Source: a virus
Direction: 5' to 3' (one strand)
Virus record (IMG/VR): IMGVR_UViG_3300020204_000008
DNA length: 64,000 bases
The translations under genes and the position numbers were made by a program. Of this stretch, positions 10,161 through 18,972 are shown in pieces. A model generated the notes under the pieces. The model did no database searches, was not told where the DNA came from, and saw nothing but the letters and a program-made list of their open reading frames with translations. How positions within the stretch are numbered: position 1 is the first letter of the stretch; every line of letters starts with the position of its first letter.

Positions 10161-10580
10161 ATGACGAATAAGGATCTTAAATATCACATCACCTATCTAA
10201 AGATGGCAACTGAATGGTCTAATCTTTCTTGTTGTAAACGTAAGAAGGTAGGTGCGTTAATCGTTAAGGACGGTACAATCATCTCAGACGGGTTTAACGG
10301 CACCCCAAAGGGTTTTCCAAACGATTGCGAAGACGCAAATGGAGACACCAATTGGTATGTGCTACATGCTGAGGCCAATGCAATGATGAAGGTGACTCGA
10401 TCCACACAGAGCACAGATGGTGCCACTCTCTATGTGACCTATTCTCCATGTAAAGAGTGTTCAAAACTAATCATTCAAGCTGGCATAAAACTAGTAATTT
10501 ATCGTGAAACATATAGGGATGTTTCCGGTATCACGATATTACGCGCAGCTAACATCGACGTGGTAAAATTAGACATATAA
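10161..10580 (+). CDS. cd: dCMP deaminase (probable start ATG 10161)
   Basis: VGALIVKDG..GFNGTP, HAEANA, PCKEC zinc motifs. Confidence 0.93.
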   Translation: MTNKDLKYHITYLKMATEWSNLSCCKRKKVGALIVKDGTIISDGFNGTPKGFPNDCEDANGDTNWYVLHAEANAMMKVTRSTQSTDGATLYVTYSPCKECSKLIIQAGIKLVIYRETYRDVSGITILRAANIDVVKLDI

Positions 10581-10979
10581 ATGGAAAAGAGAAAGATATC
10601 GATCGTTTTTGTTAAGGACTATAAAAGCTTTATCTTGACATTTAGTCGAAAGGATCGTAGCGATTATATTCTAAACGTAAGCAAGCTAATCAAAGATAAG
10701 TTTAGTACAAAATTTATTGTTCCAAATAAGGTGCAGTCTTTCCTGCTAAATTATGAGATCAAGAAACTATTAGACAAGGCGATTAGCGTAAAAAACGAAA
10801 AATACGGTCGAATAATCTACTTAAACTCAAACCTTTCTAAATCAGCTGTCTTAAATACGATAGATTTTATCACTAGCGAATATCCAGAATTTGAATTTAA
10901 GTATAGCATAATCCTCTCGCCAAACGATCCGGACCCATTAGACCTTCCTATTGATATTGTCTCAACAATAACTATATAA
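10581..10979 (+). CDS. hypothetical protein
   Basis: 132-aa ORF abutting the deaminase. Confidence 0.7.
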   Translation: MEKRKISIVFVKDYKSFILTFSRKDRSDYILNVSKLIKDKFSTKFIVPNKVQSFLLNYEIKKLLDKAISVKNEKYGRIIYLNSNLSKSAVLNTIDFITSEYPEFEFKYSIILSPNDPDPLDLPIDIVSTITI

Positions 10980-10982
10980 AAC

Positions 10983-11009
10983 AAAAAACCTCATATTGCT
11001 ATGAGGTTT
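10983..11009. terminator. intrinsic terminator between convergent operons
   Basis: AAACCTCATA-ttgc-TATGAGGTTT hairpin with A/T tracts. Confidence 0.8.
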
Positions 11010-11013
11010 GTAA

Positions 11014-11676
11014 TCAATATCCTTCGGAATCTTCGGGATTTTGATTTAACTCTTTTACCCAGTCAGGTACCTCTCCAAACGGGCTCTCTTCGTCCTCCAT
11101 CGGATTCATACCAAACGCCTCTTCTTCAAACTCTTCTCCATTTTCAAATCTTCTAAGCATTGCCTCGATCTGACGCAAGTCTGACGCCGTATTATTGAAA
11201 GCAGTTGCCTCTTGACGATATTCATCTTCGCTCCAATCATTTGAGTCTTTTTCATACTCTCCTTCTAACTCATCTTCTAATTCAGCATCCAATTCGTCTT
11301 CTAACTCATCATCTACCTCTTCGTTAATGAATCTAGTAAATGAAGAATAGGCTCTGCCCTCTTCTACCGGTTCGATCTCCACTACTGGAATTCCAGTGAT
11401 TCGATCGTCATAGGTAAACGGCTTCTTCTTTTCTTGCTTGTATACAAGATCTCCGGTCATTGCCTTGTAAGTAGGATCGTATACTGGATGAGAAAAAGCA
11501 GGGTCTCTCTCAACTGTTCGTCTAAACCCTTTAAGTTTAGGATCACGATCATTCATATTACCTCGAGCATCTCTTAATTCAATCGCAGAGCTGGGTCCAC
11601 CGAATCCAGGTTTCTTAAGGTCCATATAATTATCGAAATTTAAGATATCTCGACGGTGTGTATCAAACATTTCCAT
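11014..11676 (-). CDS. acidic virion-associated hypothetical protein with CTS-like motifs
   Basis: ILNFDNYM and YSSFTRFINE motifs; downstream of the tail tube gene. Confidence 0.7.
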   Translation of the reverse strand: MEMFDTHRRDILNFDNYMDLKKPGFGGPSSAIELRDARGNMNDRDPKLKGFRRTVERDPAFSHPVYDPTYKAMTGDLVYKQEKKKPFTYDDRITGIPVVEIEPVEEGRAYSSFTRFINEEVDDELEDELDAELEDELEGEYEKDSNDWSEDEYRQEATAFNNTASDLRQIEAMLRRFENGEEFEEEAFGMNPMEDEESPFGEVPDWVKELNQNPEDSEGY

Positions 11677-11691
11677 TTTTATCTCGATTTT

Positions 11692-12267
11692 TTATACGTT
11701 AATCTGACCTATTCTGGTTTCCACCCAGTAGTCTGATCGATATTTCATCTGTACATCATAAATACCGTTTTCAGTATAATTTAGTGAAAGTTCAGTTAAT
11801 TTATCGTTTGGAATAACCGATTGAAAATTCCACTCTCTAAAGATCTCACCAGTCTTATTAGCCACGTGAACTGACATCGAACCCACATAGTCTCTTTTTA
11901 ATCCCTGACTACCCGTTTGAGGATTGTAAACGATATCGTTCCATGCTCTAAGGATATTATAAACGTATGCGTCATTCTCTTCATTTAAGTTGACTGTGAA
12001 CTTGATAGTCAAGTCAGCAGTTGTGGTGTCTGGAATTCCTCCAGCAAAGGATCTTTTTGCAAACTTGTAAGTCTGTTCAACTAACGTTCCGCTAGAATTG
12101 ATTTCAGGCAGACCTGAAATCTCGGTCACGTGCTCCACTAAAAGAGCTACATTGCTACCGGAGATTACTGTCGGTGGGTTCAAGATCACCTCAAACTGAT
12201 TCTTATAGATCGGTTCATAGTATGATCGAGCCGCGGCTGAATTGGTCCAATATGGTAAACCTGCCAT
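11692..12267 (-). CDS. gp19: tail tube protein (gp19-like)
   Basis: NQFEV, R.FAG, LTIKF, LRAW...YNPQTG..GLKRDY, W.F..V.P, DYW. Confidence 0.85.
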   Translation of the reverse strand: MAGLPYWTNSAAARSYYEPIYKNQFEVILNPPTVISGSNVALLVEHVTEISGLPEINSSGTLVEQTYKFAKRSFAGGIPDTTTADLTIKFTVNLNEENDAYVYNILRAWNDIVYNPQTGSQGLKRDYVGSMSVHVANKTGEIFREWNFQSVIPNDKLTELSLNYTENGIYDVQMKYRSDYWVETRIGQINV

Positions 12268-12286
12268 TGTGTATCGATTATTTTAG

Positions 12287-12294
12287 TTATTTAT
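12287..12294 (-). promoter_or_regulatory. late promoter ATAAATAA
   Basis: T4 TATAAATA-like; one of about 18 copies; overlaps the upstream stop codon. Confidence 0.7.
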
Positions 12295-13420
12295 TTTGCG
12301 GTTGAGCAATATTTTTTTCGGGCACCCTTGGTTCCTGTGTTTCTTCAGTATTCTCCTGTTCAAGATCCTCTCCCTCTTCAGTGTCTATTATTTCAGAAGC
12401 AGGCGCCTCCTCAATGTTAAATAGGTTTTCAAAATCAATGTTAGATCTGATCGATACTTGAGAAGATCGGTTTGAGTAGTTATCTATCTGTACTCGGTCT
12501 CCCTTGAATTCCAATACTAAGGAAGGTAAGATAGTTCTAAAAATCAGCTCATTCACGTTTTCGATAGGATCGTATACCATGATCTCAGAGATCTTGGGTT
12601 CGGTCGTGTTGTCTATCGTTAAAGACTCGTTATTGATTAGGGTGTTTTTACCCGACACCTTTACCTTAAATCCGTCCCAGCTATTGATTGCCTTGCCGTC
12701 AAGCGTGTCCACCATGCCAGTAGATAACTTAAGAGTCACGTTAGGTGAACCTGTATCAAGCCCGCTGGTCGAGACCTCACGTAAGACCATTCGATCTACC
12801 GTAAACCTTACCTCATAGTGTGTGTTGCTAAAATACTTATCGTTGATCGCCTTGATCTGAGCAGAAGTCAGCTTTGTGGTAAATAAAACCTCGTCCACTC
12901 TTGATTCAGAAGTTGCCTGTGGAAGACCGAGTGGAGCAGGCGGCCCTGAAGGCAGAGACACTTGACCTTGACCGATTCTCTTTTGCGGTTCAGGTAGCCC
13001 CAATGGAGGATTTGGACCAGCCGGTAATAGATTGTTCCAATCGTCGTCAGTCAGGTCAGTCTCAACCGGTTTAGGGGTCTCTTCTTCTGGCGTCACCTCA
13101 GCAGGTAAACCGTCCATCTCTCGAGCATAGTCCGGATTGAGTAGTCTCTTGATCGCCTCACTGGCAAGCTCAAACTTTCTTTTAAGTAGATTTACTTCAC
13201 TTAAGATGACATAAGTAAGAGTGGCATGGCCCTCTTCAAAACGCATGTCTGGAAAGACGTCTACCTGTTTAAGCCAGCCCTGGATATTTTTTTGATCGAG
13301 CGCAGTCTCACCGTTGACGATTGACCACGAAAGGTCGTAGTTTAGGATTGCTTGAAAGATGAAACCTCCGTCTTTTGAACTAGCCTCATCAGAATACGCC
13401 TTTTCAAAAATTTTATCCAT
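12287..13420 (-). CDS. hypothetical structural protein with Pro-rich linker
   Basis: 377-aa ORF in a late operon. Confidence 0.7.
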   Translation of the reverse strand: MDKIFEKAYSDEASSKDGGFIFQAILNYDLSWSIVNGETALDQKNIQGWLKQVDVFPDMRFEEGHATLTYVILSEVNLLKRKFELASEAIKRLLNPDYAREMDGLPAEVTPEEETPKPVETDLTDDDWNNLLPAGPNPPLGLPEPQKRIGQGQVSLPSGPPAPLGLPQATSESRVDEVLFTTKLTSAQIKAINDKYFSNTHYEVRFTVDRMVLREVSTSGLDTGSPNVTLKLSTGMVDTLDGKAINSWDGFKVKVSGKNTLINNESLTIDNTTEPKISEIMVYDPIENVNELIFRTILPSLVLEFKGDRVQIDNYSNRSSQVSIRSNIDFENLFNIEEAPASEIIDTEEGEDLEQENTEETQEPRVPEKNIAQPQNK

Positions 13421-13677
13421 TAGTCTTTTTTACGATCTCTCGTTCGTTTATAGTTCTTCCAAAGCTCGTTATAGATGTTACATGAAGCCCCTAAAAAGTT
13501 GATGATACCGACGTATTTTTTCTTGTCCTCTCCTTCCATATTAGCGACCTTGACACCAATCTTCTTGGCATCATTGATCGTAAGCTCTTCATCCTCGTCC
13601 TTACCGACTAGCTTCTTAAGATCGCCCTTCTTTTCAAGTAGAGCGTATTGCTCAAATCTCATGATAGCTCTATTCAT
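13420..13677 (-). CDS. small CTS-motif protein (putative internal head protein)
   Basis: MNRAIMRFEQYALLE. Confidence 0.65.
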   Translation of the reverse strand: MNRAIMRFEQYALLEKKGDLKKLVGKDEDEELTINDAKKIGVKVANMEGEDKKKYVGIINFLGASCNIYNELWKNYKRTRDRKKD

Positions 13678-13696
13678 TGGTCTTAGATTTTATTAA

Positions 13697-13930
13697 TTAC
13701 TTCTTCTTACCTACCACGTTCTTGTTCTTTGCAGTAGTCATGTATTGTTTAGTATACTTATCAAGTTGAGGAGTTCCTTTTCCCTTAACTGGACCTTCAA
13801 CTAAACCTTGATTGATCTTCATCGAACCCGATCTATCGTTTGCCGCAACGTTAGCTTTTCCACGGTATCCCGCTTCAGCCTTTTTGAATGCTGCCATAAA
13901 CTGGTTATAGTTCATAACTGGATTTGCCAT
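13697..13930 (-). CDS. small basic CTS-motif protein
   Basis: MANPVMNYNQFM; late motif at 13949..13957. Confidence 0.65.
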   Translation of the reverse strand: MANPVMNYNQFMAAFKKAEAGYRGKANVAANDRSGSMKINQGLVEGPVKGKGTPQLDKYTKQYMTTAKNKNVVGKKK

Positions 13931-14015
13931 TATACTTTTATTTTTTTATTATTTATCTTTTTAATCTTAAAGAATTTTTTGTATATTAGCTATATAACCA
14001 ATTAAATTTAAAGCC

Positions 14016-14468
14016 ATGAAAAAGTTAATTTTAACCCTATCGATCATCGGAGGAATATTTACCTCTAACGTATCATTATCTAACGAGTTAGATTCTACCG
14101 AAGTTAAAGATAAGTCTGAAAGGATTGCACGTATCAAGTACTCAATCGATTCCTTAATTAAGGCTGAGCTTGGCAACATTGAACTTACTAGTTCCTTTGA
14201 CTCTAATTGTCATGATTATGCAATAAAGAAAATTCAAAAGAGCGCAGATGCTGATTCATATAGTGGAGTTCAGTTTCGAACATTAAACTCAGTACCAAAT
14301 GATCAAGTATCAATATGTGATCTTCCATTATCTCACTTGATCTCAAGAGTCAAGGCGAACCTTATCAATGAGAAAATGGACATTAAGAGTTGGGAGTTTA
14401 CTAAATACTCAATAGTATTTGGTGACTTTGGCGGAAAGAGCTACATGGCAATCTCAATGGATTATTAA
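14016..14468 (+). CDS. exported hypothetical protein
   Basis: MKKLILTLSIIGG signal-peptide-like N-terminus. Confidence 0.65.
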   Translation: MKKLILTLSIIGGIFTSNVSLSNELDSTEVKDKSERIARIKYSIDSLIKAELGNIELTSSFDSNCHDYAIKKIQKSADADSYSGVQFRTLNSVPNDQVSICDLPLSHLISRVKANLINEKMDIKSWEFTKYSIVFGDFGGKSYMAISMDY

Positions 14469-14484
14469 TCTAGCCCATCTTCAT

Positions 14485-14514
14485 AAAAAAACCCATCTAA
14501 AAGATGGGTTTTTT
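14485..14514. terminator. bidirectional intrinsic terminator
   Basis: AAAAAACCCATCT-aaa-AGATGGGTTTTTT. Confidence 0.85.
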
Positions 14515-14533
14515 GTTTAACTAATTATTAGAT

Positions 14534-16303
14534 CTAGATGTTATCTTCTCCAGCAGGGGTTGCTTTTTCAATATGAGTAACGTATCTTTCTTCTGGTATG
14601 TCTACTTCCTTTATTAATTTAGGATTATTAGGATCAGTATAATCCATTAATTTGACTTTCATCGTGCCTTTTTCTGTTCCAGGTCCAACTACGAATATTT
14701 TTTTCGTATCAGTTCCCCCTACTTCATTCGGTGGAGTCGATTTGTCAAATATTACGATCTCTTGTTCAGGCTTTAATTCCTTAAACTTGATTCGGTTTTC
14801 CTTGACTGCACGATTTGCCTTTTTCTCAGCCTTTGCTGCCGCTTTTTCTTCAGCTTTACCTTCTCCTTTTCCCCAACCAATTGACGTAACTAGTCCAGGC
14901 GATTTCCAACTAGCTGCGACCGTATACTCTTTTATTGTAAGCGCATCGTAGTTTAGAGTAACCTCACCAGTCTCAGTCACATTGATCCATTTAGTAGGTA
15001 GTTTTCTTTTTTCAACCCTGTCTCCAGTTATAAAGAAGTTAACTACCCTCCATTCAGGTGCAGTATTTACATTATTATCTGGTTGAACTACTGCCGGTGT
15101 CCCAGCCAATGAGACCTGTACGCCCTTCGGCGCTCCAATTTTTGTAACAAACCATTGGGCTCGTCTTGTTGCAAGTGCCATGTTCTGTTTATCATCTCTT
15201 GCGCCAGCAGTCCATTCCCACGATGCGGATCCTTGAACCTTAATCGAAGTTATTTTTGAATACTGTCCAAGGATCTGGTTCAATGCTTCAAGGATAGCTT
15301 TTTCCTTTGTTGGATCTGGTTTATCCTTTCCTTGACCAAATAGTGCATCTAATCCGGGCAATGATGTCAATTCATCAGTTACTTGAACTGCCTCTTCTCC
15401 TCCTTCTATTGGAACGCTTACCGTAGTCGTTGTAAATTCTGTATATGGCTGGCCTCCTCCTTTAACAAAATCAGTCACAGTATAGAAAACAAACTTCTTC
15501 GTAAGGCTTTCATTCAGCAATCGTTTCGGGTCCTCTGGGAAATCCTTAGGTGTAAGTCCTCCCCCAAGTGAACTTGATGCTGGAGGAGAGCTCATATTAT
15601 ACTTTAAGTTTGATCCGTCCCACATAAGAATTGTTTGACTCAAATTAGCTCCATTTATATAACTGGCCCGATATGGCCAGTACGCTTTTCCCATAGTTTT
15701 TTTGGTTTCGTCCATATCAAAAGCCGGCTTATCGTTTAATTTCATATCCTTCATCCTCTCAATCGTCAATCCATCCGCATAAACCTTCGAAGTTACTGTT
15801 TCAAGTTGTTTAAACATTTCCTGATGATTTAGTGCGCTTATTGATTTACATATAGCTGGAGCGGACGTCCATATTACCTCAGTTTTATTTAACGTCGGAA
15901 CCTTTAAACCTTTAGCCGTTTTTATTTGAATCGATTTAACTGTTGTATTAAACGTTGGCTTTATGTATTTTTCGTTAGAATTAGTTTTAGTAAATTCAGC
16001 TACCGCCGATCCAACGTCAACAGTTAAGCTACTTGTAAAATGATTTTTTGTAAGGTTGTCAGTCGATGCCGTCATCCAACCGACCTTAGCATTCTGTTTC
16101 CATTCATTAATAAATGTAGCATATGCTTCTCCCATTGCTGTAGCTATGTCCCCCATTTTACTAACCAGTGATTCAATGCTAGTTTGTGAATTCACTAAGT
16201 TTGCAACAGTCTGCTCATTGACCGCTTCTCGGTATCGTTCATCATTCACAACTGATTCGTGAAGAGTTCTCCACATATTATAGTTTAATAAATAACCACC
16301 CAT
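14534..16303 (-). CDS. putative internal virion protein with OmpA-like C-terminal domain
   Basis: N-terminal LNYNMWRTLHES; LFGQGK..IKVQGSAS..NMALATRRAQ..RVVNF OmpA_C pattern; late motif at 16323..16331. Confidence 0.65.
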   Translation of the reverse strand: MGGYLLNYNMWRTLHESVVNDERYREAVNEQTVANLVNSQTSIESLVSKMGDIATAMGEAYATFINEWKQNAKVGWMTASTDNLTKNHFTSSLTVDVGSAVAEFTKTNSNEKYIKPTFNTTVKSIQIKTAKGLKVPTLNKTEVIWTSAPAICKSISALNHQEMFKQLETVTSKVYADGLTIERMKDMKLNDKPAFDMDETKKTMGKAYWPYRASYINGANLSQTILMWDGSNLKYNMSSPPASSSLGGGLTPKDFPEDPKRLLNESLTKKFVFYTVTDFVKGGGQPYTEFTTTTVSVPIEGGEEAVQVTDELTSLPGLDALFGQGKDKPDPTKEKAILEALNQILGQYSKITSIKVQGSASWEWTAGARDDKQNMALATRRAQWFVTKIGAPKGVQVSLAGTPAVVQPDNNVNTAPEWRVVNFFITGDRVEKRKLPTKWINVTETGEVTLNYDALTIKEYTVAASWKSPGLVTSIGWGKGEGKAEEKAAAKAEKKANRAVKENRIKFKELKPEQEIVIFDKSTPPNEVGGTDTKKIFVVGPGTEKGTMKVKLMDYTDPNNPKLIKEVDIPEERYVTHIEKATPAGEDNI

Positions 16304-16366
16304 TTTTAAATAAGTTTTTTAGTTATTTATCTTTTAAAAAAACCTAATTTTTAGTATCTTAATACC

Positions 16367-17158
16367 ATGCCAGAACTTGCAGAGATAAAAATAATGGCGG
16401 ATTTCATAAATCTGGCCAGTAGAGAAAAGAGTTTTACTACCGTTGCCTTTTCAGAAAGCGCTATGAATAGAAAACTAGGTATAGTCCAGCCGACTGACCT
16501 TCAGATATTCAGAATCACAGCTGAGTCTCGGGGCAAGGAACTCATGCTCTCCTTGATCCAGGGAGATCAGGTTTTCATGAAGATCAGCTGCTCGATGGGC
16601 ATGTCCGGCCATTGGGCGATGTGTCACCGAGATGATGTGCCCAAGCACACCCACATGAAATTTAATACGACCGATCAACTCAGTCTCTGCCTGGTCGACA
16701 CTCGTCGATTTGCTAGGTGGAAGGTCGCATCCGACTGGTCCCAAAATCGTGGGCCCTGCCCAGTACACGAACCTAATCCTTTTAGGGAGAATATCCTCGC
16801 TAACCTAGGCAAGAAGGAATTCGATAAACCGATCCACCTGGTGCTCATGAACCAACAATATTTTAATGGAATCGGCAACTATCTTAGATCCGAGATTATG
16901 TTCCATGCCTCACAAGATCCTTTTGCTGATGCCCGTACTGCACTCACACGAAATCCTTCAATACTCGATCTTTGTGAAAGGTTACCTAGGGAAGCTTACT
17001 TCCTAGGTGGAGGTCAGCTCAAGGACTGGCAAAACCCGTTTGAGGTTCCTGAAGGAGGATTTGACGAGTGGATGCAGTGTTACGGCAAGGGCAAATGGTT
17101 TACCGACAAGAACGGTCGACGTATGTGGTATCATCCCATCCAGCTTGAAACCAGTTAA
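16367..17158 (+). CDS. nei: Nei/Fpg-family DNA glycosylase, NEIL1-like
   Basis: N-terminal MPE, RGKE, GMSG, D.RRF, H2TH motif FNGIGNYLRSEI, zincless finger DKNGRRMW. Confidence 0.93.
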   Translation: MPELAEIKIMADFINLASREKSFTTVAFSESAMNRKLGIVQPTDLQIFRITAESRGKELMLSLIQGDQVFMKISCSMGMSGHWAMCHRDDVPKHTHMKFNTTDQLSLCLVDTRRFARWKVASDWSQNRGPCPVHEPNPFRENILANLGKKEFDKPIHLVLMNQQYFNGIGNYLRSEIMFHASQDPFADARTALTRNPSILDLCERLPREAYFLGGGQLKDWQNPFEVPEGGFDEWMQCYGKGKWFTDKNGRRMWYHPIQLETS

Positions 17159-17200
17159 TAAATTTGAGTTTTATTAATGTAACCTCATAAATCACGAAAG

Positions 17201-17383
17201 ATGTTAAGAAAAATACTTGGCCCCAAGCTTTCAAAAAGGGAACTCGCAATAATCAGGGAATGTTGTCGGCAAGTCTCTACCTCCATGGATAAAGCAGATT
17301 TTCAAAATAACTTGGATCCTGAGATAAAGGAGATCCACCAAGACATTAAAAAGATCATAAAAAAACTAGAGACCACTACATGA
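17201..17383 (+). CDS. hypothetical protein
   Basis: 60-aa ORF with ATGA overlap into the helicase. Confidence 0.6.
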   Translation: MLRKILGPKLSKRELAIIRECCRQVSTSMDKADFQNNLDPEIKEIHQDIKKIIKKLETTT

Positions 17384-18972
17384 GAGATATTCCTCTTGAG
17401 TTTTCACCAAGACCTCAACAGGTCCAGATCTTGGACTTCGTAAAGTCTTCCATTAAGGAGGGTAAAAAATTCATCATGGTGGATGCCCCTACTGGAGTAG
17501 GTAAATCCTATGCGGCGATCATGATCGCTGAGTGGTATAGAAACGAACACTCAAAAAAGGCCAAGACTGACATCATCACCAACACCAAGATCTTACAGGA
17601 TCAATATGTGAAAGATTTTAAGTTCGCAGCTAATCTAAAGGGAAAGAACAATTACTGGTGTCGTCATCAAGGAATGGGATGCGGTGATGCCCAGGTGCTC
17701 AATAAGGCCAGTGGTAAAAGATGCAATGTCTGCCCACACAAGATCTCTCAGACCAAATTCCTGAAGAGCCCAGTGAGCTTGGCAAATTTTCACCTGGTGA
17801 CTGCATACTCAATGTATTCTCCAGACATGTTGGCAGAGCGTAGTTCTAAGCTACTCATAATCGATGAGGCACACGCCTTTGAGGAGACCTTTTGTGATTT
17901 TATTCTCTCTACCTATTCCGAACGTAGCCTAAAGATATTGGACGTTTGGCACGATTGGATGGAAAGGGACCTTGATAACATCTCTAGCCTGACTGAACTT
18001 TCAGATTGGACTAAAGACGTATTGGTTCCCTTGCTTGATAAAAAAGCACACGATCTGCTTGACGAGGCCAAGGAGACTCGACAAAAAAAGAAAAAGGTAG
18101 ACCTAATTAAAAAAGCAGACCACGTCGATAAGTCAATGTGTAAGTACAATCGATTCGTCAACGACCGTGAAAACTACAAGACTAATTGGACCTTTGAAAA
18201 AGATCTAGACCAGTGGGGCAAGACCAGAATCCTAGTCGAACCTATTTGGGGCAACCTATACCTAAAAGAACTTTTTTGGGACCAATACGATCATGTGATC
18301 ATGATGTCGGGTACACTATTGGATCGAGAGCTCTTCTCCTTCATCATGGGAATAGACGAGACCGAGTCAACTTACCTCGCCCTACCGTGTCCGTTTGAGG
18401 CAGATAAACGACCGGTAATCTATGTAAAGTTCGGTAAGATGTCCTATTATAATAAAAAGGAGACCTTTACCAGAGCAGTACCGATCATCGGCAAGATCTT
18501 GGAGAAGAATCACGAACATAAGGGCATTATTCATACTGCCAATTATGAGTTTAGCAAGTGGATTCAACAGACCATTCAGGATTCACGTTTAATATTTCAT
18601 GATTCAGCAAGCCGAGAAAAATCTCTTGAAGATCATCTTACTTCTAAGATGGAAACCGTCCTAGTCTCACCATCGATGATCAATGGAGTCGACTTAAAGG
18701 ATGAGCTTTCACGATTTCAGGTGATCCTAAAAGTACCTTTTCCTAATCTTGTTAGTACAAAGATAAAGAAGAGACTCGATACTCGTCCAGAATGGTACAA
18801 TTGGAAGACCCTGGTGGATCTTTTACAGGCATACGGTAGATCAATAAGAAACGATGATGACTGGGCTGAGACCTACATCTTAGACGAGTGCTTCGATCAA
18901 ATATTAAATAACAAAGGCGTGCCTAAGTATTTTTTAGACGCGTTGAAAGTAAAAAAATTAGCAAAGAAATAA
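17380..18972 (+). CDS. dinG: DinG/XPD-family SF2 helicase (Fe-S type)
   Basis: RPQQ, APTGVGKS, four Cys after KGKNNY, DEAH, MSGT, GVDL, KVPFP, QAYGRSIR. Confidence 0.92.
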   Translation: MRDIPLEFSPRPQQVQILDFVKSSIKEGKKFIMVDAPTGVGKSYAAIMIAEWYRNEHSKKAKTDIITNTKILQDQYVKDFKFAANLKGKNNYWCRHQGMGCGDAQVLNKASGKRCNVCPHKISQTKFLKSPVSLANFHLVTAYSMYSPDMLAERSSKLLIIDEAHAFEETFCDFILSTYSERSLKILDVWHDWMERDLDNISSLTELSDWTKDVLVPLLDKKAHDLLDEAKETRQKKKKVDLIKKADHVDKSMCKYNRFVNDRENYKTNWTFEKDLDQWGKTRILVEPIWGNLYLKELFWDQYDHVIMMSGTLLDRELFSFIMGIDETESTYLALPCPFEADKRPVIYVKFGKMSYYNKKETFTRAVPIIGKILEKNHEHKGIIHTANYEFSKWIQQTIQDSRLIFHDSASREKSLEDHLTSKMETVLVSPSMINGVDLKDELSRFQVILKVPFPNLVSTKIKKRLDTRPEWYNWKTLVDLLQAYGRSIRNDDDWAETYILDECFDQILNNKGVPKYFLDALKVKKLAKK

